From Arachnia sp. (lineage in GTDB: Bacteria; Actinomycetota; Actinomycetes; Propionibacteriales; Propionibacteriaceae), in contig JBDSRF010000195.1 in the NCBI GenBank assembly GCA_039929445.1, positions 9,682-33,681 of the forward strand: a stretch of DNA of 24,000 bases, in the 5' to 3' direction. Below, piece by piece: positions 1 to 8,326 of the stretch (positions are counted from its first letter, which is position 1; every line of letters begins with the position of its first letter). The position numbers and the translations under genes were made by a program. The notes beneath the pieces were generated by a model that saw only the letters and a program-made list of their open reading frames with translations, was not told the DNA's origin and made no database searches.

Positions 1-2
1 CG

Positions 3-491
3 GACGGCGGGTTCGAGTGGTCGATCTCCGCAGTGGCCTCCATCGCCACCACCCTTCTGGCAGCACGATGCCGGATCGCCATCGTCTCGGCGGAGTCCGA
101 GATCTACACCACCCTCCACACGGACGCGCTCGCCGCACGGGAAACGATGATGGGAGCCATGGTGGACCTGCCCAACTCCGACCGCCCGACCCTGAGCAGC
201 GGATTGTCGGACTCCGACTCCATGGGCACCTCGCAGTCCATCATGGCCGCCCTCGGTTTCCTGGAGGCCGCCGACGCGTCCGCCCTGACCGCCGTCGGGG
301 GCAGGATGCAGCAGGCGTCCGCCCTCGTGCCGGACGCCGTGGCGTGGGGGGTCTCCCCCGCCCGCGCTGATGCGCATCGCGCCGCCTGCCGCCTCCTCAC
401 CTCTTCGGGGTGGACAGTGAACGAGTACGGACCCGGGGAGCGGGTCGTGGACGCGTGGGACAAGCTGATGGCCCGGGTGGAGGCGACATGA
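3..491 (+). CDS. C-terminal part of a hypothetical protein, 5'-truncated by the window edge; DUF58-like by context
   Basis: Frame 3 is open from position 3 to TGA 489-491. The track ORF 33..491 only marks the first in-frame GTG. The stop overlaps the next gene's ATG (ATGA at 488-491). The 'FEWSISAVASIATTLL...' segment and the position directly upstream of a TgpA-type transglutaminase fit the usual MoxR/DUF58/TgpA order. The family call is contextual only. Confidence 0.5.
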   Translation, partial: DGGFEWSISAVASIATTLLAARCRIAIVSAESEIYTTLHTDALAARETMMGAMVDLPNSDRPTLSSGLSDSDSMGTSQSIMAALGFLEAADASALTAVGGRMQQASALVPDAVAWGVSPARADAHRAACRLLTSSGWTVNEYGPGERVVDAWDKLMARVEAT

Positions 492-2647
492 GGTTCCAGC
501 AGAACGCCCTGAGTTCCATCGCCATCGCCGTCGCCGTCTGGCTGGCCGCGTGGACGCTGCGCCCCATGTTCATCGACACCGTCTTCCTCACCTGGGTGCC
601 AGTGCTCGTCGGTATCGCCGCCGTGGTGGGGACCCTCGGCGTCCTTCTGCGGTTTCCCCGCGCCGTCACGCTGGCAGTGCAGGCGCTCGGCATGGTGGCG
701 CTGCTGCTGTGGCTCGGATTCCGGGACGCACCGCGAAGTGATGACCCGGACGCCTCCTGGTACGAACCGCTGGTGATGCTGGGCGCCCTCGGCACCAAGG
801 CCGTGCGGGAGAGCAGCACCCCGCTGCCCACCGACCCGGGGCTGGTGTGGCTGCTGTTGTGCATCCTGGCGTTGGTGGTGCTCGCCATGGAGACCCTTGT
901 CAACGTGCTGGAACAGCCGGCCTGGTCCCTTGCTCCGCTGGGGGTGGTCTACGGCGTCGGCGCCCTGACCCTGTCCAACGAGATGGAGTGGACCTCGTTC
1001 GTGGCCGTGGCAGTGGGCTACGCGCTGGTACTGGCGACCAGCACACAACTGGTCGGCGCAGGCCGCGGACGCTCCGGTCATCAGGCCACCCGTGCCGCCG
1101 TCGTGCTGGTGACGCTGGTGGTCGCGTCGGTTCTGGCGCCCCTGCTGACGAGCTTTGTCCCGCTGGGAGAGAAGCAGCCGTGGCTGCAGGCCGGCCGGAA
1201 CAAACCCATCACGCTGACCGACCCCACGGTGGCACTCAACGAGAACCTGCGCCGACCAGCCGATGAGGTGGTGCTCCGCTACACCACCGACTCCGAATTT
1301 CCCCTCTACATGCGCACGGTGGCGCTGACCCGGCTGACCACCGACGGTGCTGCGCTCACGGGGATGCGCCTGTCGACGACGGGCCTGAGTGGCGCCTACA
1401 CCGCGCCCGGTGTGCCGGTGGACGCCACGGTGCGCATGCTGGTGCCGTCGGAGTACCTGCCCGTGCCGTTCGCCGTTGACCGGTTCTCCGCCGCCGGCGC
1501 CTGGGCTCACGATCGCAACACCATGAGCATTGTGGCCACCGGCGGGGCCCGCACCGAGCAGACACAGGGGCTGGAGTACGAGGTGTCCTCCACCATCCCC
1601 ATGCCCGAGCGCGCCGATCTGGAGGCCGCCGCGGCAGGGGTCGACCCTGCTGGCGCGGACACACTCGCCGTGCCCGATGGCCTGGACCCCCAGGTGCAGA
1701 CGCTCACCGACTCCGTGACGGCACAGGCCACCACGGCGGGCGAGAAGGCTCTGGCCATCCAGAGCTACCTGCGCTCGGGCCTGTTCAACTACAGCCTCAA
1801 CGCACCGGAGGAGGCAGGCACCGACGTCATCAGCAACTTCCTCCTCACCAACCACTCCGGCTACTGCATCCACTTCGCCGCCGGCATGATCACCATGGCC
1901 CGCATGGAGGGGATCCCCGCCCGGATGGCGATCGGGTTCACCCCCGGCAAGAAGGACGGCGACGAATGGGTCGTCACCACCCACAACATGCACTCCTGGC
2001 CCGAGCTGTACTTCGAGGGGCTGGGGTGGGTGCCGTTCGAGCCCACCAAGTCGGTGGCGGCGCCGCCTCGCTACACCGACGCCGACGAGGCCCCCAACGC
2101 ATCCCCGTCCCCGTCCCCCAGCCCGAGCACGACGACCGCACCCAGCGCATCGCCGAGCGCCCCGGAGCCGGAGCCCACCGTTGCCCCGACGCCTCCCGCA
2201 CAGGATCCCGACACCTCGAACCCGGCCGGCTGGTTCCTGCTCCTGGGCGTGCTCGTCGTACTCGCCGCGCCGCTGACCGCCCGCAGCGCTGTGCGCACGT
2301 GGCGGCTGCGCGCCGGCCAGGGACCGGCCGCTGCGGCCGACTCGGCCTGGCGTGAGGTGGCGGCACTGTTCAGGGACACCGGGCTGGAGTTCAGCGAGGC
2401 ATCCCCCGTGCTGGCGGCCCAGGAACTGGGCAAACATCTGGACCCGTCCGCGGCTGCCGAGCTGACGTCCGTGGCGGGCACGGTGCAGCGGGCACGCTAT
2501 GCCCGCGACGGCGCCGATACGTCCGACCTGCCCTCCCACGTCCGTGGTTTCCGGCGTGCCCTGCTCCGCACACAGCCGGGGAATCTGCAGACGAGGGCGC
2601 TACTTCTGCCCCTCTCACTGGTGCCTGTGAGCAGACGTCCGGACTAA
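488..2647 (+). CDS. TgpA-type transglutaminase-like membrane protein (N-terminal multi-TM region, transglutaminase core, DUF4129-like tail)
   Basis: ATG 488 is preferred over the track start 410 because of a GGTGGAGG SD just upstream and ATGA coupling to the previous stop. It has several N-terminal hydrophobic helices. Core motifs are 'HSGYCIHFAAGMITMAR', 'HNMHSWPELYF' and 'GWVPFEPT'. A Pro/Ser/Thr linker ('SPSPSPSPSTTTAPSASPSAPEPEP') is followed by a TM helix ('WFLLLGVLVVLAAPL') and a C-terminal '...TVQRARYARDG' region. Confidence 0.85.
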   Translation: MRFQQNALSSIAIAVAVWLAAWTLRPMFIDTVFLTWVPVLVGIAAVVGTLGVLLRFPRAVTLAVQALGMVALLLWLGFRDAPRSDDPDASWYEPLVMLGALGTKAVRESSTPLPTDPGLVWLLLCILALVVLAMETLVNVLEQPAWSLAPLGVVYGVGALTLSNEMEWTSFVAVAVGYALVLATSTQLVGAGRGRSGHQATRAAVVLVTLVVASVLAPLLTSFVPLGEKQPWLQAGRNKPITLTDPTVALNENLRRPADEVVLRYTTDSEFPLYMRTVALTRLTTDGAALTGMRLSTTGLSGAYTAPGVPVDATVRMLVPSEYLPVPFAVDRFSAAGAWAHDRNTMSIVATGGARTEQTQGLEYEVSSTIPMPERADLEAAAAGVDPAGADTLAVPDGLDPQVQTLTDSVTAQATTAGEKALAIQSYLRSGLFNYSLNAPEEAGTDVISNFLLTNHSGYCIHFAAGMITMARMEGIPARMAIGFTPGKKDGDEWVVTTHNMHSWPELYFEGLGWVPFEPTKSVAAPPRYTDADEAPNASPSPSPSPSTTTAPSASPSAPEPEPTVAPTPPAQDPDTSNPAGWFLLLGVLVVLAAPLTARSAVRTWRLRAGQGPAAAADSAWREVAALFRDTGLEFSEASPVLAAQELGKHLDPSAAAELTSVAGTVQRARYARDGADTSDLPSHVRGFRRALLRTQPGNLQTRALLLPLSLVPVSRRPD

Positions 2648-2716
2648 AGCTTTCGTGGGGGCCCAGGCGGACATACAATCGACAACATCAGCCGAATCGA
2701 GGCGAGGGAGATCGGT

Positions 2717-3106
2717 ATGGCTCTATCAGAGCAGGAGCGCAAGCTGTTGGAACAGCTTGAGGCGTCCCTTATGGCCGAAGACCCCAAATTCGCCCAGACG
2801 CTGAGCGGGGCCGGAAGCATCCGCGTCCACCGTCGACGCGCCACGTTGGCGGGTGTGGGGTTTGTTCTCGGTCTTCTGTTGCTCATCGGCGGGGTGCAGA
2901 TCAACCCTGCCGTCAGCATCGCTGGGTTCGTGGTCATGTTGGCCGCCGCCATCATCGGGGTGAATTCGTGGCAACGGGTCAGTGGTGAGGGCCAGCCGGC
3001 GGGGCGCCCCTCCGATCAGCCACCGTCCCCCAAGCCCACCAGCCAGGACTTCATGGAGAAGCTCGAGGAGCGCTGGCGCAAGCGTCAGGAGGGCGGCGAC
3101 CTCTGA
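2717..3106 (+). CDS. DUF3040 domain-containing membrane protein
   Basis: The N-terminus 'MALSEQERKLLEQLEASLMAEDPKFA' is the remembered DUF3040 signature. It is followed by two hydrophobic helices and a Pro-rich tail. GGGAG lies 6-7 nt upstream of the ATG. Confidence 0.8.
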   Translation: MALSEQERKLLEQLEASLMAEDPKFAQTLSGAGSIRVHRRRATLAGVGFVLGLLLLIGGVQINPAVSIAGFVVMLAAAIIGVNSWQRVSGEGQPAGRPSDQPPSPKPTSQDFMEKLEERWRKRQEGGDL

Positions 3107-3128
3107 CTGCCGCCGCAGCCCCGCGGGT

Positions 3129-4313
3129 TCATCCCACGGGGGTTTTCGTCTCGCGTCGTGTCAATCGTGCGCGCTGCACAGCCATCGGACCGAACCGCAT
3201 CACCACCTGATCCACGGCACGCTCCGCCTGCTCCCATCCGCAACGCGGCTCGTCCAGGGTCGGCTGCGTGTAGGTGTCGTCCTTCGACGCCAACTTCTCC
3301 ACCCGTACCCCCACCCGCCGGATCCGGGCCCGGGACAGGTGCAGCTTGTGCCACAACCGCATGGCCTCCGCGTGGATGTCCCCCGTCAGGTCCGTGGGCG
3401 CCTTCAGCGTGCCGGTGCGGGTGATCGTGGTGAAGTCAGAGAACCGCACGGACAGCGTCACCACCCTGCCCACCATGGACTGCGCACGCATCCGGGATGC
3501 TGTCCGCGCCGCCATCCGCAGGATCTCGGTGGCCACCACCTCCTCGTCGTCGGTGTCGCGCCCAAAGGTCTCCTGGGAGCCGATGCTCCGCTCGGCGGGC
3601 TCGCGCGCCAGCACGGACCGGTCGTCCTGCCCCCACGCCAGGTCGAACAGCAGCCCGCCCTGCCCCTCACCCAGTGCACGCTGCAGCGTGGCGCGGGGTG
3701 TGTTGGCGATGTCGCGGACCGTCATGAGCCCGAGCCGGCGCAACTTCTCGGCCGTGACCTCCCCCACCCCCCATATGGCGTCGACGGGCAGCGGATGCAG
3801 GAAGGAGATGACGTCGTCGGGGTGCACCACCTTCAGGCCGTCGGGCTTGGCTGCCTTGGATGCGAGTTTGGCGATGAATTTGCTGGGGCCGATGCCCACC
3901 GAGCAGGCGATGCCCTGCTCGTCCATCACCTGCGCCCGGACGTCCTCCGCGACGGCGGCGGCATCCCCGCCCAGCCTGCGCAGGGCGCTGGTGAGGTCGA
4001 TGAAGGCCTCGTCGATGGAGGCCATCTCCACCCGGTCGGTGATGGTGTCGAATACCTCCTCCACCGCAGTGGACACCTCCGCGTAGTGGTCGAAGTCCGG
4101 GTGCACCACCGCCACCTGCGGGCACAGCCGCCTGGCCCGGGTGGACGGCATGCCGGCCGTGATGCCGTAGACCCGGGCAGGGTAGTTGGCGGACAGCACC
4201 ACCCCCCGGGCAGAGCCGCCCACGAACATGGGGACATGTGCCAGCGAGGGTTCGCGGGCCATTTCCACGGACGCGTAGAACGCATCCATGTCCACGTGCA
4301 GGATCGTCTTCAT
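3129..4313 (-). CDS. dinB: DNA polymerase IV (Y-family, catalytic residues intact)
   Basis: Start trimmed to ATG at 4313-4311 ('MKTILHVDMDAFYASVE'), preceded by GGAAGGAG. Y-family motifs 'DMDAFYASVE', 'SIDEAFIDLT' and 'CSVGIGPSKFIAKLAS' are present. It lies 14 nt downstream of the dnaE2 stop on the same strand. Confidence 0.9.
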   Translation of the reverse strand: MKTILHVDMDAFYASVEMAREPSLAHVPMFVGGSARGVVLSANYPARVYGITAGMPSTRARRLCPQVAVVHPDFDHYAEVSTAVEEVFDTITDRVEMASIDEAFIDLTSALRRLGGDAAAVAEDVRAQVMDEQGIACSVGIGPSKFIAKLASKAAKPDGLKVVHPDDVISFLHPLPVDAIWGVGEVTAEKLRRLGLMTVRDIANTPRATLQRALGEGQGGLLFDLAWGQDDRSVLAREPAERSIGSQETFGRDTDDEEVVATEILRMAARTASRMRAQSMVGRVVTLSVRFSDFTTITRTGTLKAPTDLTGDIHAEAMRLWHKLHLSRARIRRVGVRVEKLASKDDTYTQPTLDEPRCGWEQAERAVDQVVMRFGPMAVQRARLTRRETKTPVG

Positions 4314-4327
4314 GGGGTGTCTCCTTC

Positions 4328-7300
4328 CTACCTTCCTGAGCTTCCGGGGCTGGAGTGCCACAGTTTCCGCGGCGCCTCCGCGGCGCCTGTCCCCGATGGT
4401 TTGATGTCGGCGTAGGGCGACTGCTCGAACCCACTGGCGTGCACGATCACCCGCCGTCGACCCATGCCGCCGGCGCGGGTGTGGTCCTGCGGGTCCGGGG
4501 GCGGCTCGAATCCCTCGGGCACGGGTTCCGCCGTCGTTGCCTCCGCCTCACCCTGGCGGTCGGCGGACCTGGCGTCGCGTCGCTCCTGCTCACCCTTGCT
4601 CCCCCCATCGTCGGGCGTCGTCCTGAGCTTGTCGAAGGGAATCCACTCACCGACCGGTCCGAAGCCGATGGGCTCGGCGTCGACGATCTCCCGCACCGCG
4701 GCCAGCGCCTCCTCGCCGGTGGCGCCCACATCCAGTGCCCCCCGCCACGCGTCGTGCAGCAGACCGAGATCCCAGGCCCCCGTGGCCCGGATGGACAGGC
4801 CACGCGGACCGGTGCGCCGGATGACACCGCGCACCATCAGCATCCAGCTGTTGAACACCGTCGACGCGTAACCGCCCTGCGCATCCTCGAAGAACGTGGC
4901 GTCGGTGGGGCCCGTGGAGTCGTCGAGCGTGAGGAACACCACGCGACGGCCCGAACGCACCGGCGGTGTCTGCGTGGCCACCTTCACCCCGCAGATGAAC
5001 ACCTCGGAGCGGTTGCGCTGCTGCATGAGGCGCTGCGAACTGGTGGCGCCGAAGGCCCGCAGGAATGGCAGGTAGCGCTCCATGATGTGCTGGCTGGCGT
5101 CCAGGCCCAGGATCTCCAGCTCGGAGCGCAGCCGCTGGTCGTCGTCCATCTCCGGCAGCCCCGTGGCCACCACGTCGGAGGTCTCGTCGCCGTCCTGGAA
5201 GTCGAACGCCCCCTGCACCGCCTGCCCCGTGGGGACGCGGGTCCTGCGGCTCTGGGCGCGGGCCAGCGTTCCCGGGTCCTCCGTGCCCTGGAGTGCCATG
5301 GGCCGGCGGCCACCGCTGCGGGACCGGGCGCGGTCGTCGTAGCGGCGCATGCGGTGCAGATCCGCCGACGCCAGCAGCAGGTCGCGGCGGGTCACCTGGT
5401 CGCGGCGGGCGACGGCTGCGTGGCGACCGATCCCGTAGAGCCGGTCGAAGGCGCCGGCCAGGACGAGCCGCTCCACCACGGGGTGCTCCACCGCGGCGCG
5501 TGACCAGAAGTCGCTGAGCGTCGCGTAGGGCTGACCGGCGACGATACGCCCGATCTCGGCCTCGCTCATGCCCTTCACGTCCGCCAGGGACAGCCGGATG
5601 CCCCACCCGGAGATGGTGGGCAGGCCGTTGACAGCCACCGGCAGTCCGGCCTGCGTCACATCGGTGATGGTGTCGGTTGCGGTGGGCTTCCCCACCCCCG
5701 CAACCTGCGGACTCCCCCCGCCCGGCGGTCCCGTGTCGGTGCAGTCCCCGGGGGTCCGCCACGCCGGCGGCAGGGCGGTGGCGTCCAGGTCCAGGGCCTC
5801 CTCGTCCCCGTCGATCCGCTCCACGTGGTAAGCGCCGTCGCTGTGGTTGACGTCCAGCCCCAACACCTGGATGCCCATGCGGCGGGCCTCCTCCAGCAGC
5901 AGCCGTTTGGGGTACATGCCCGGGTCGTGGGTGAGGATCCCGGAGATGAAGTGGGCCGGGTAGTGCCGCTTCAGCCACGCCGACTGGTAGGTGGGCAGCG
6001 CGAACGCGGCGGCGTGAGCCTTGCAGAACCCGAAGGACGCGAAGGCAACGAGGATGTGCCACAACTGCTCGATGACTGCCTCGGTGTACCCCCGTTCGCG
6101 GGCGCGCGGCCACAGCCACTGCCGGACCTCCTCCTGGCCCTCCTTGTCGCCCAGTGCGCGGCGCACCTCGTCGCCCTGGGCCAGGGAGCAGCCGGTGGCG
6201 ATGGAGATCAGCATGATGACCTGCTCGTGGAACACCACCACCCCGCCGGTCTGCTGGAGTGCCGGGATGAAGCTCGCGTGCAGGTACTCGGGTTTCCGCC
6301 AGCCCTGCCGGGCCTCCAGGAAGGGGGTCACCATGTCCGACTTCACGGGGCCGGGGCGGAACAGGGAGATGTCGATGATGATGTCGTGGAAGGTCTCGGG
6401 CCCGAACTTGCCCACCAGTTCCCGCTGCCCCGGCGACTCGATCTGGAAGCAGCCGAGCGTGGCGCGGTGGGCGATCATGTCGTAGGTGGCCGGGTCGTCG
6501 AACGGCGCCAGCGCGTCGATGTCGGGGGTGGGTCCCGGGGGCTGGGTGCGCCCGATCTCGGCCAGGGCGTGGGCCATCGACGACTGCATGCGGATACCCA
6601 GCACGTCCAGCTTCAGGAAGCCGAGATCCTCGACGTCGTCCTTGTCGAACTGGCTCATGGGGAACCCGCCATGGCTGGCCTCCACGGGGGTGCGCTGCCC
6701 CAGGGAGGAGTCGCTGAGCAGTACGCCGCAGGGGTGCAGCGCGATGTGGCGGGGCAGGCCGTCGAGGGATTCCACCAGGGTGAACAGCACCTCCAGCCGC
6801 TGCTCCCCCAGACCGGCGGCCCGCAGCTCCGGCAGGTCGCGGAGCGCCGCCTTCGCGTCCCGCGCCCGGACGTGCGGGAATGCCTTGGCCATGGCGTCCA
6901 CCTCAGCGGGCGGCAGGCTGAGGGCCGCACCCACGTCGCGGACGGCGTGGCGCACCCGGTAGGTCTCCAGCATGGCCACGCACGAGACGCGCTGGCCGCC
7001 GAAGGTCTCCAGGATCTTCTCGTAGATCTCGGTGCGGCGGTGGGACTCCACGTCCAGGTCGATGTCCGGCAGCGCCTGCCGCAGCGGGGAGAGGAACCTC
7101 TCCATGAGCAGGCCATGCGCCATGGGGTCGACGCCGGAGACGCCGAGCGCGTAGTTGACGAGGCTGCCCGCGCCGGAGCCGCGGGCGGCGCAGCGGATGC
7201 CGAGGTCGCGGATGAGCTGGACCACGTCGCCCACCGTCAGGAAGTAGGACTCGAACCCCAGCTTCCCGATGACGGCCAACTCGTCCTCGAGGCGGTCCGA

Positions 7301-8326
7301 GACGCCACGTCCCATCGTGGGGAACCGAGCAGCCAGACCGGCCTCGCAGCGGGCGCGGAGCACCCCCGGCGCCTGCGCGGTGGTGGTGCCGAGCGTCTCG
7401 AACTCCGGCAGGCGGATCTCTCCCAGCCCGATGTCGGCGACGGGGTCCAGGCGGCACTCCAGCGCCAACTCCCGGGTACGGCGGAGCAGCGCGTCGGGGT
7501 CCTCACCCGCCAGCAGCGCGGCCTCCTGCGCGGCGAAGGCCATGGCGGTGGCCGGCTTGAGGTGGCCCTCGGCGTTGCGGCGGTCAATGTTGCGCAGATC
7601 GAGTGGGACCAGGCGCCGGGTGGCGTCGAGGACGTCGATGGTGGCCGCCTGCTCCCTGCGCGCCATCCTCACCATGTTGGTGAGCACGGAGCGCACACCC
7701 GTCTCCGAGGCGAGCCGCAGGATGCCCGCAGCGTGGTGCGCGGAGGTGGCACCCCTGCCCCCGACGTGATGGTTGGTGGCCGCCAGCACCACCTGACCAC
7801 CCAACCCGTCGCGCCACGTGGCCAGCCGCCTGTGTGCCTCGTCGAAGCGGTTGTCTGCCAGCAGGTTGCCGACGTCGGAGTCGGCACCCAGCGTCACCAC
7901 CACGTCCCGGCCGGCGCAGTGCCGGACCACCAACTCCTGGGTGACCACAGGGTCCCCGCGCTCCCCGCTGAGGTGGGCGGCGGTGATGAGGGTGCACAGC
8001 GTGGCCCACCCGGCCCTCGAGGTGGCCGTCACCACCAGGCGCGGCAGGCGGAGGTCGCGCAGTTGCCCGCCCTTGGCCGCCGTCGGACGGCGAGTCTGTG
8101 ACCTGCCGTCACCGACGGCCAGATCCACCCCGACGATGGGTGCGATCCCCGCCTTCAGGCAGGCCTTGGCGAACCGCACCGCCCCGTACAGCCCGTTGCG
8201 GTCCGTCAGTGCCAGGGTGTCCATGCCGAAACCCGCCGCCGCGGCCACCAGTGCGCTGGGGTGGGAGGCGCCGTACTGGAAGGAGTACCCCGACGCCACC
8301 CGCAGGTGGCTGAACTGCTCCGTCAC
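4328..8326 (-). CDS. dnaE2: Error-prone DNA polymerase III alpha-type (DnaE2-like), unusually long at 1332 aa
   Basis: GTG start at 8326-8324 overlaps the upstream gene's stop (GTGA). Pol IIIalpha palm motifs are 'LPDIDLDVESHRR' and 'FLKLDVLGIRM'. Finger region is 'FGFCKAHAAAFALPTYQSAWLK'. HhH region is 'GIRLSLADVKGMSEAEIGRIV'. OB-fold region is 'VFICGVKVATQTPPVRSGRRVVFLTLDDSTG'. The C-terminus reads '...VIVHASGFEQSPYADIKP...PRKLWHSSPGSSGR'. Confidence 0.9.
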   Translation of the reverse strand: MTEQFSHLRVASGYSFQYGASHPSALVAAAAGFGMDTLALTDRNGLYGAVRFAKACLKAGIAPIVGVDLAVGDGRSQTRRPTAAKGGQLRDLRLPRLVVTATSRAGWATLCTLITAAHLSGERGDPVVTQELVVRHCAGRDVVVTLGADSDVGNLLADNRFDEAHRRLATWRDGLGGQVVLAATNHHVGGRGATSAHHAAGILRLASETGVRSVLTNMVRMARREQAATIDVLDATRRLVPLDLRNIDRRNAEGHLKPATAMAFAAQEAALLAGEDPDALLRRTRELALECRLDPVADIGLGEIRLPEFETLGTTTAQAPGVLRARCEAGLAARFPTMGRGVSDRLEDELAVIGKLGFESYFLTVGDVVQLIRDLGIRCAARGSGAGSLVNYALGVSGVDPMAHGLLMERFLSPLRQALPDIDLDVESHRRTEIYEKILETFGGQRVSCVAMLETYRVRHAVRDVGAALSLPPAEVDAMAKAFPHVRARDAKAALRDLPELRAAGLGEQRLEVLFTLVESLDGLPRHIALHPCGVLLSDSSLGQRTPVEASHGGFPMSQFDKDDVEDLGFLKLDVLGIRMQSSMAHALAEIGRTQPPGPTPDIDALAPFDDPATYDMIAHRATLGCFQIESPGQRELVGKFGPETFHDIIIDISLFRPGPVKSDMVTPFLEARQGWRKPEYLHASFIPALQQTGGVVVFHEQVIMLISIATGCSLAQGDEVRRALGDKEGQEEVRQWLWPRARERGYTEAVIEQLWHILVAFASFGFCKAHAAAFALPTYQSAWLKRHYPAHFISGILTHDPGMYPKRLLLEEARRMGIQVLGLDVNHSDGAYHVERIDGDEEALDLDATALPPAWRTPGDCTDTGPPGGGSPQVAGVGKPTATDTITDVTQAGLPVAVNGLPTISGWGIRLSLADVKGMSEAEIGRIVAGQPYATLSDFWSRAAVEHPVVERLVLAGAFDRLYGIGRHAAVARRDQVTRRDLLLASADLHRMRRYDDRARSRSGGRRPMALQGTEDPGTLARAQSRRTRVPTGQAVQGAFDFQDGDETSDVVATGLPEMDDDQRLRSELEILGLDASQHIMERYLPFLRAFGATSSQRLMQQRNRSEVFICGVKVATQTPPVRSGRRVVFLTLDDSTGPTDATFFEDAQGGYASTVFNSWMLMVRGVIRRTGPRGLSIRATGAWDLGLLHDAWRGALDVGATGEEALAAVREIVDAEPIGFGPVGEWIPFDKLRTTPDDGGSKGEQERRDARSADRQGEAEATTAEPVPEGFEPPPDPQDHTRAGGMGRRRVIVHASGFEQSPYADIKPSGTGAAEAPRKLWHSSPGSSGR

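Noticed and set aside
410-487. Track start at 410 for the transglutaminase ORF
   Set aside because: The 26-aa extension ('MDSERVRTRGAGRGRVGQADGPGGGD') lies inside the upstream gene. ATG 488 has an SD and ATGA coupling, and the protein then begins with the first TM segment.
104-2539. 811-aa minus-strand ORF, the longest in this part of the track
   Set aside because: It is an antisense shadow of the TgpA gene. Its Arg/Gly/Pro/His-rich composition carries no recognisable motifs or hydrophobic structure, whereas the plus-strand frame encodes a coherent transglutaminase.
2982-4415. Plus-strand ORFs 2982..4415 (477 aa) and 3274..4086 (270 aa)
   Set aside because: They lie opposite dinB, whose Y-family motifs are clear. 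The plus-frame products are Arg/Pro/Ser-rich with no motifs. The first would also overlap the DUF3040 3' end.
5606-5812. DnaE2 insertion as a possible intein
   Set aside because: It is only about 70 aa and low-complexity. It lacks the Cys/Ser and His-Asn splice-junction residues and the endonuclease or Hint blocks.
4355-8101. Plus-strand ORFs 4355..5503 (382 aa) and 5825..8101 (758 aa), plus several nested ones
   Set aside because: They are shadows opposite dnaE2. They are low-complexity and Arg/Gly/Ala/Pro-rich, and the minus frame carries unambiguous Pol IIIalpha motifs along its full length.
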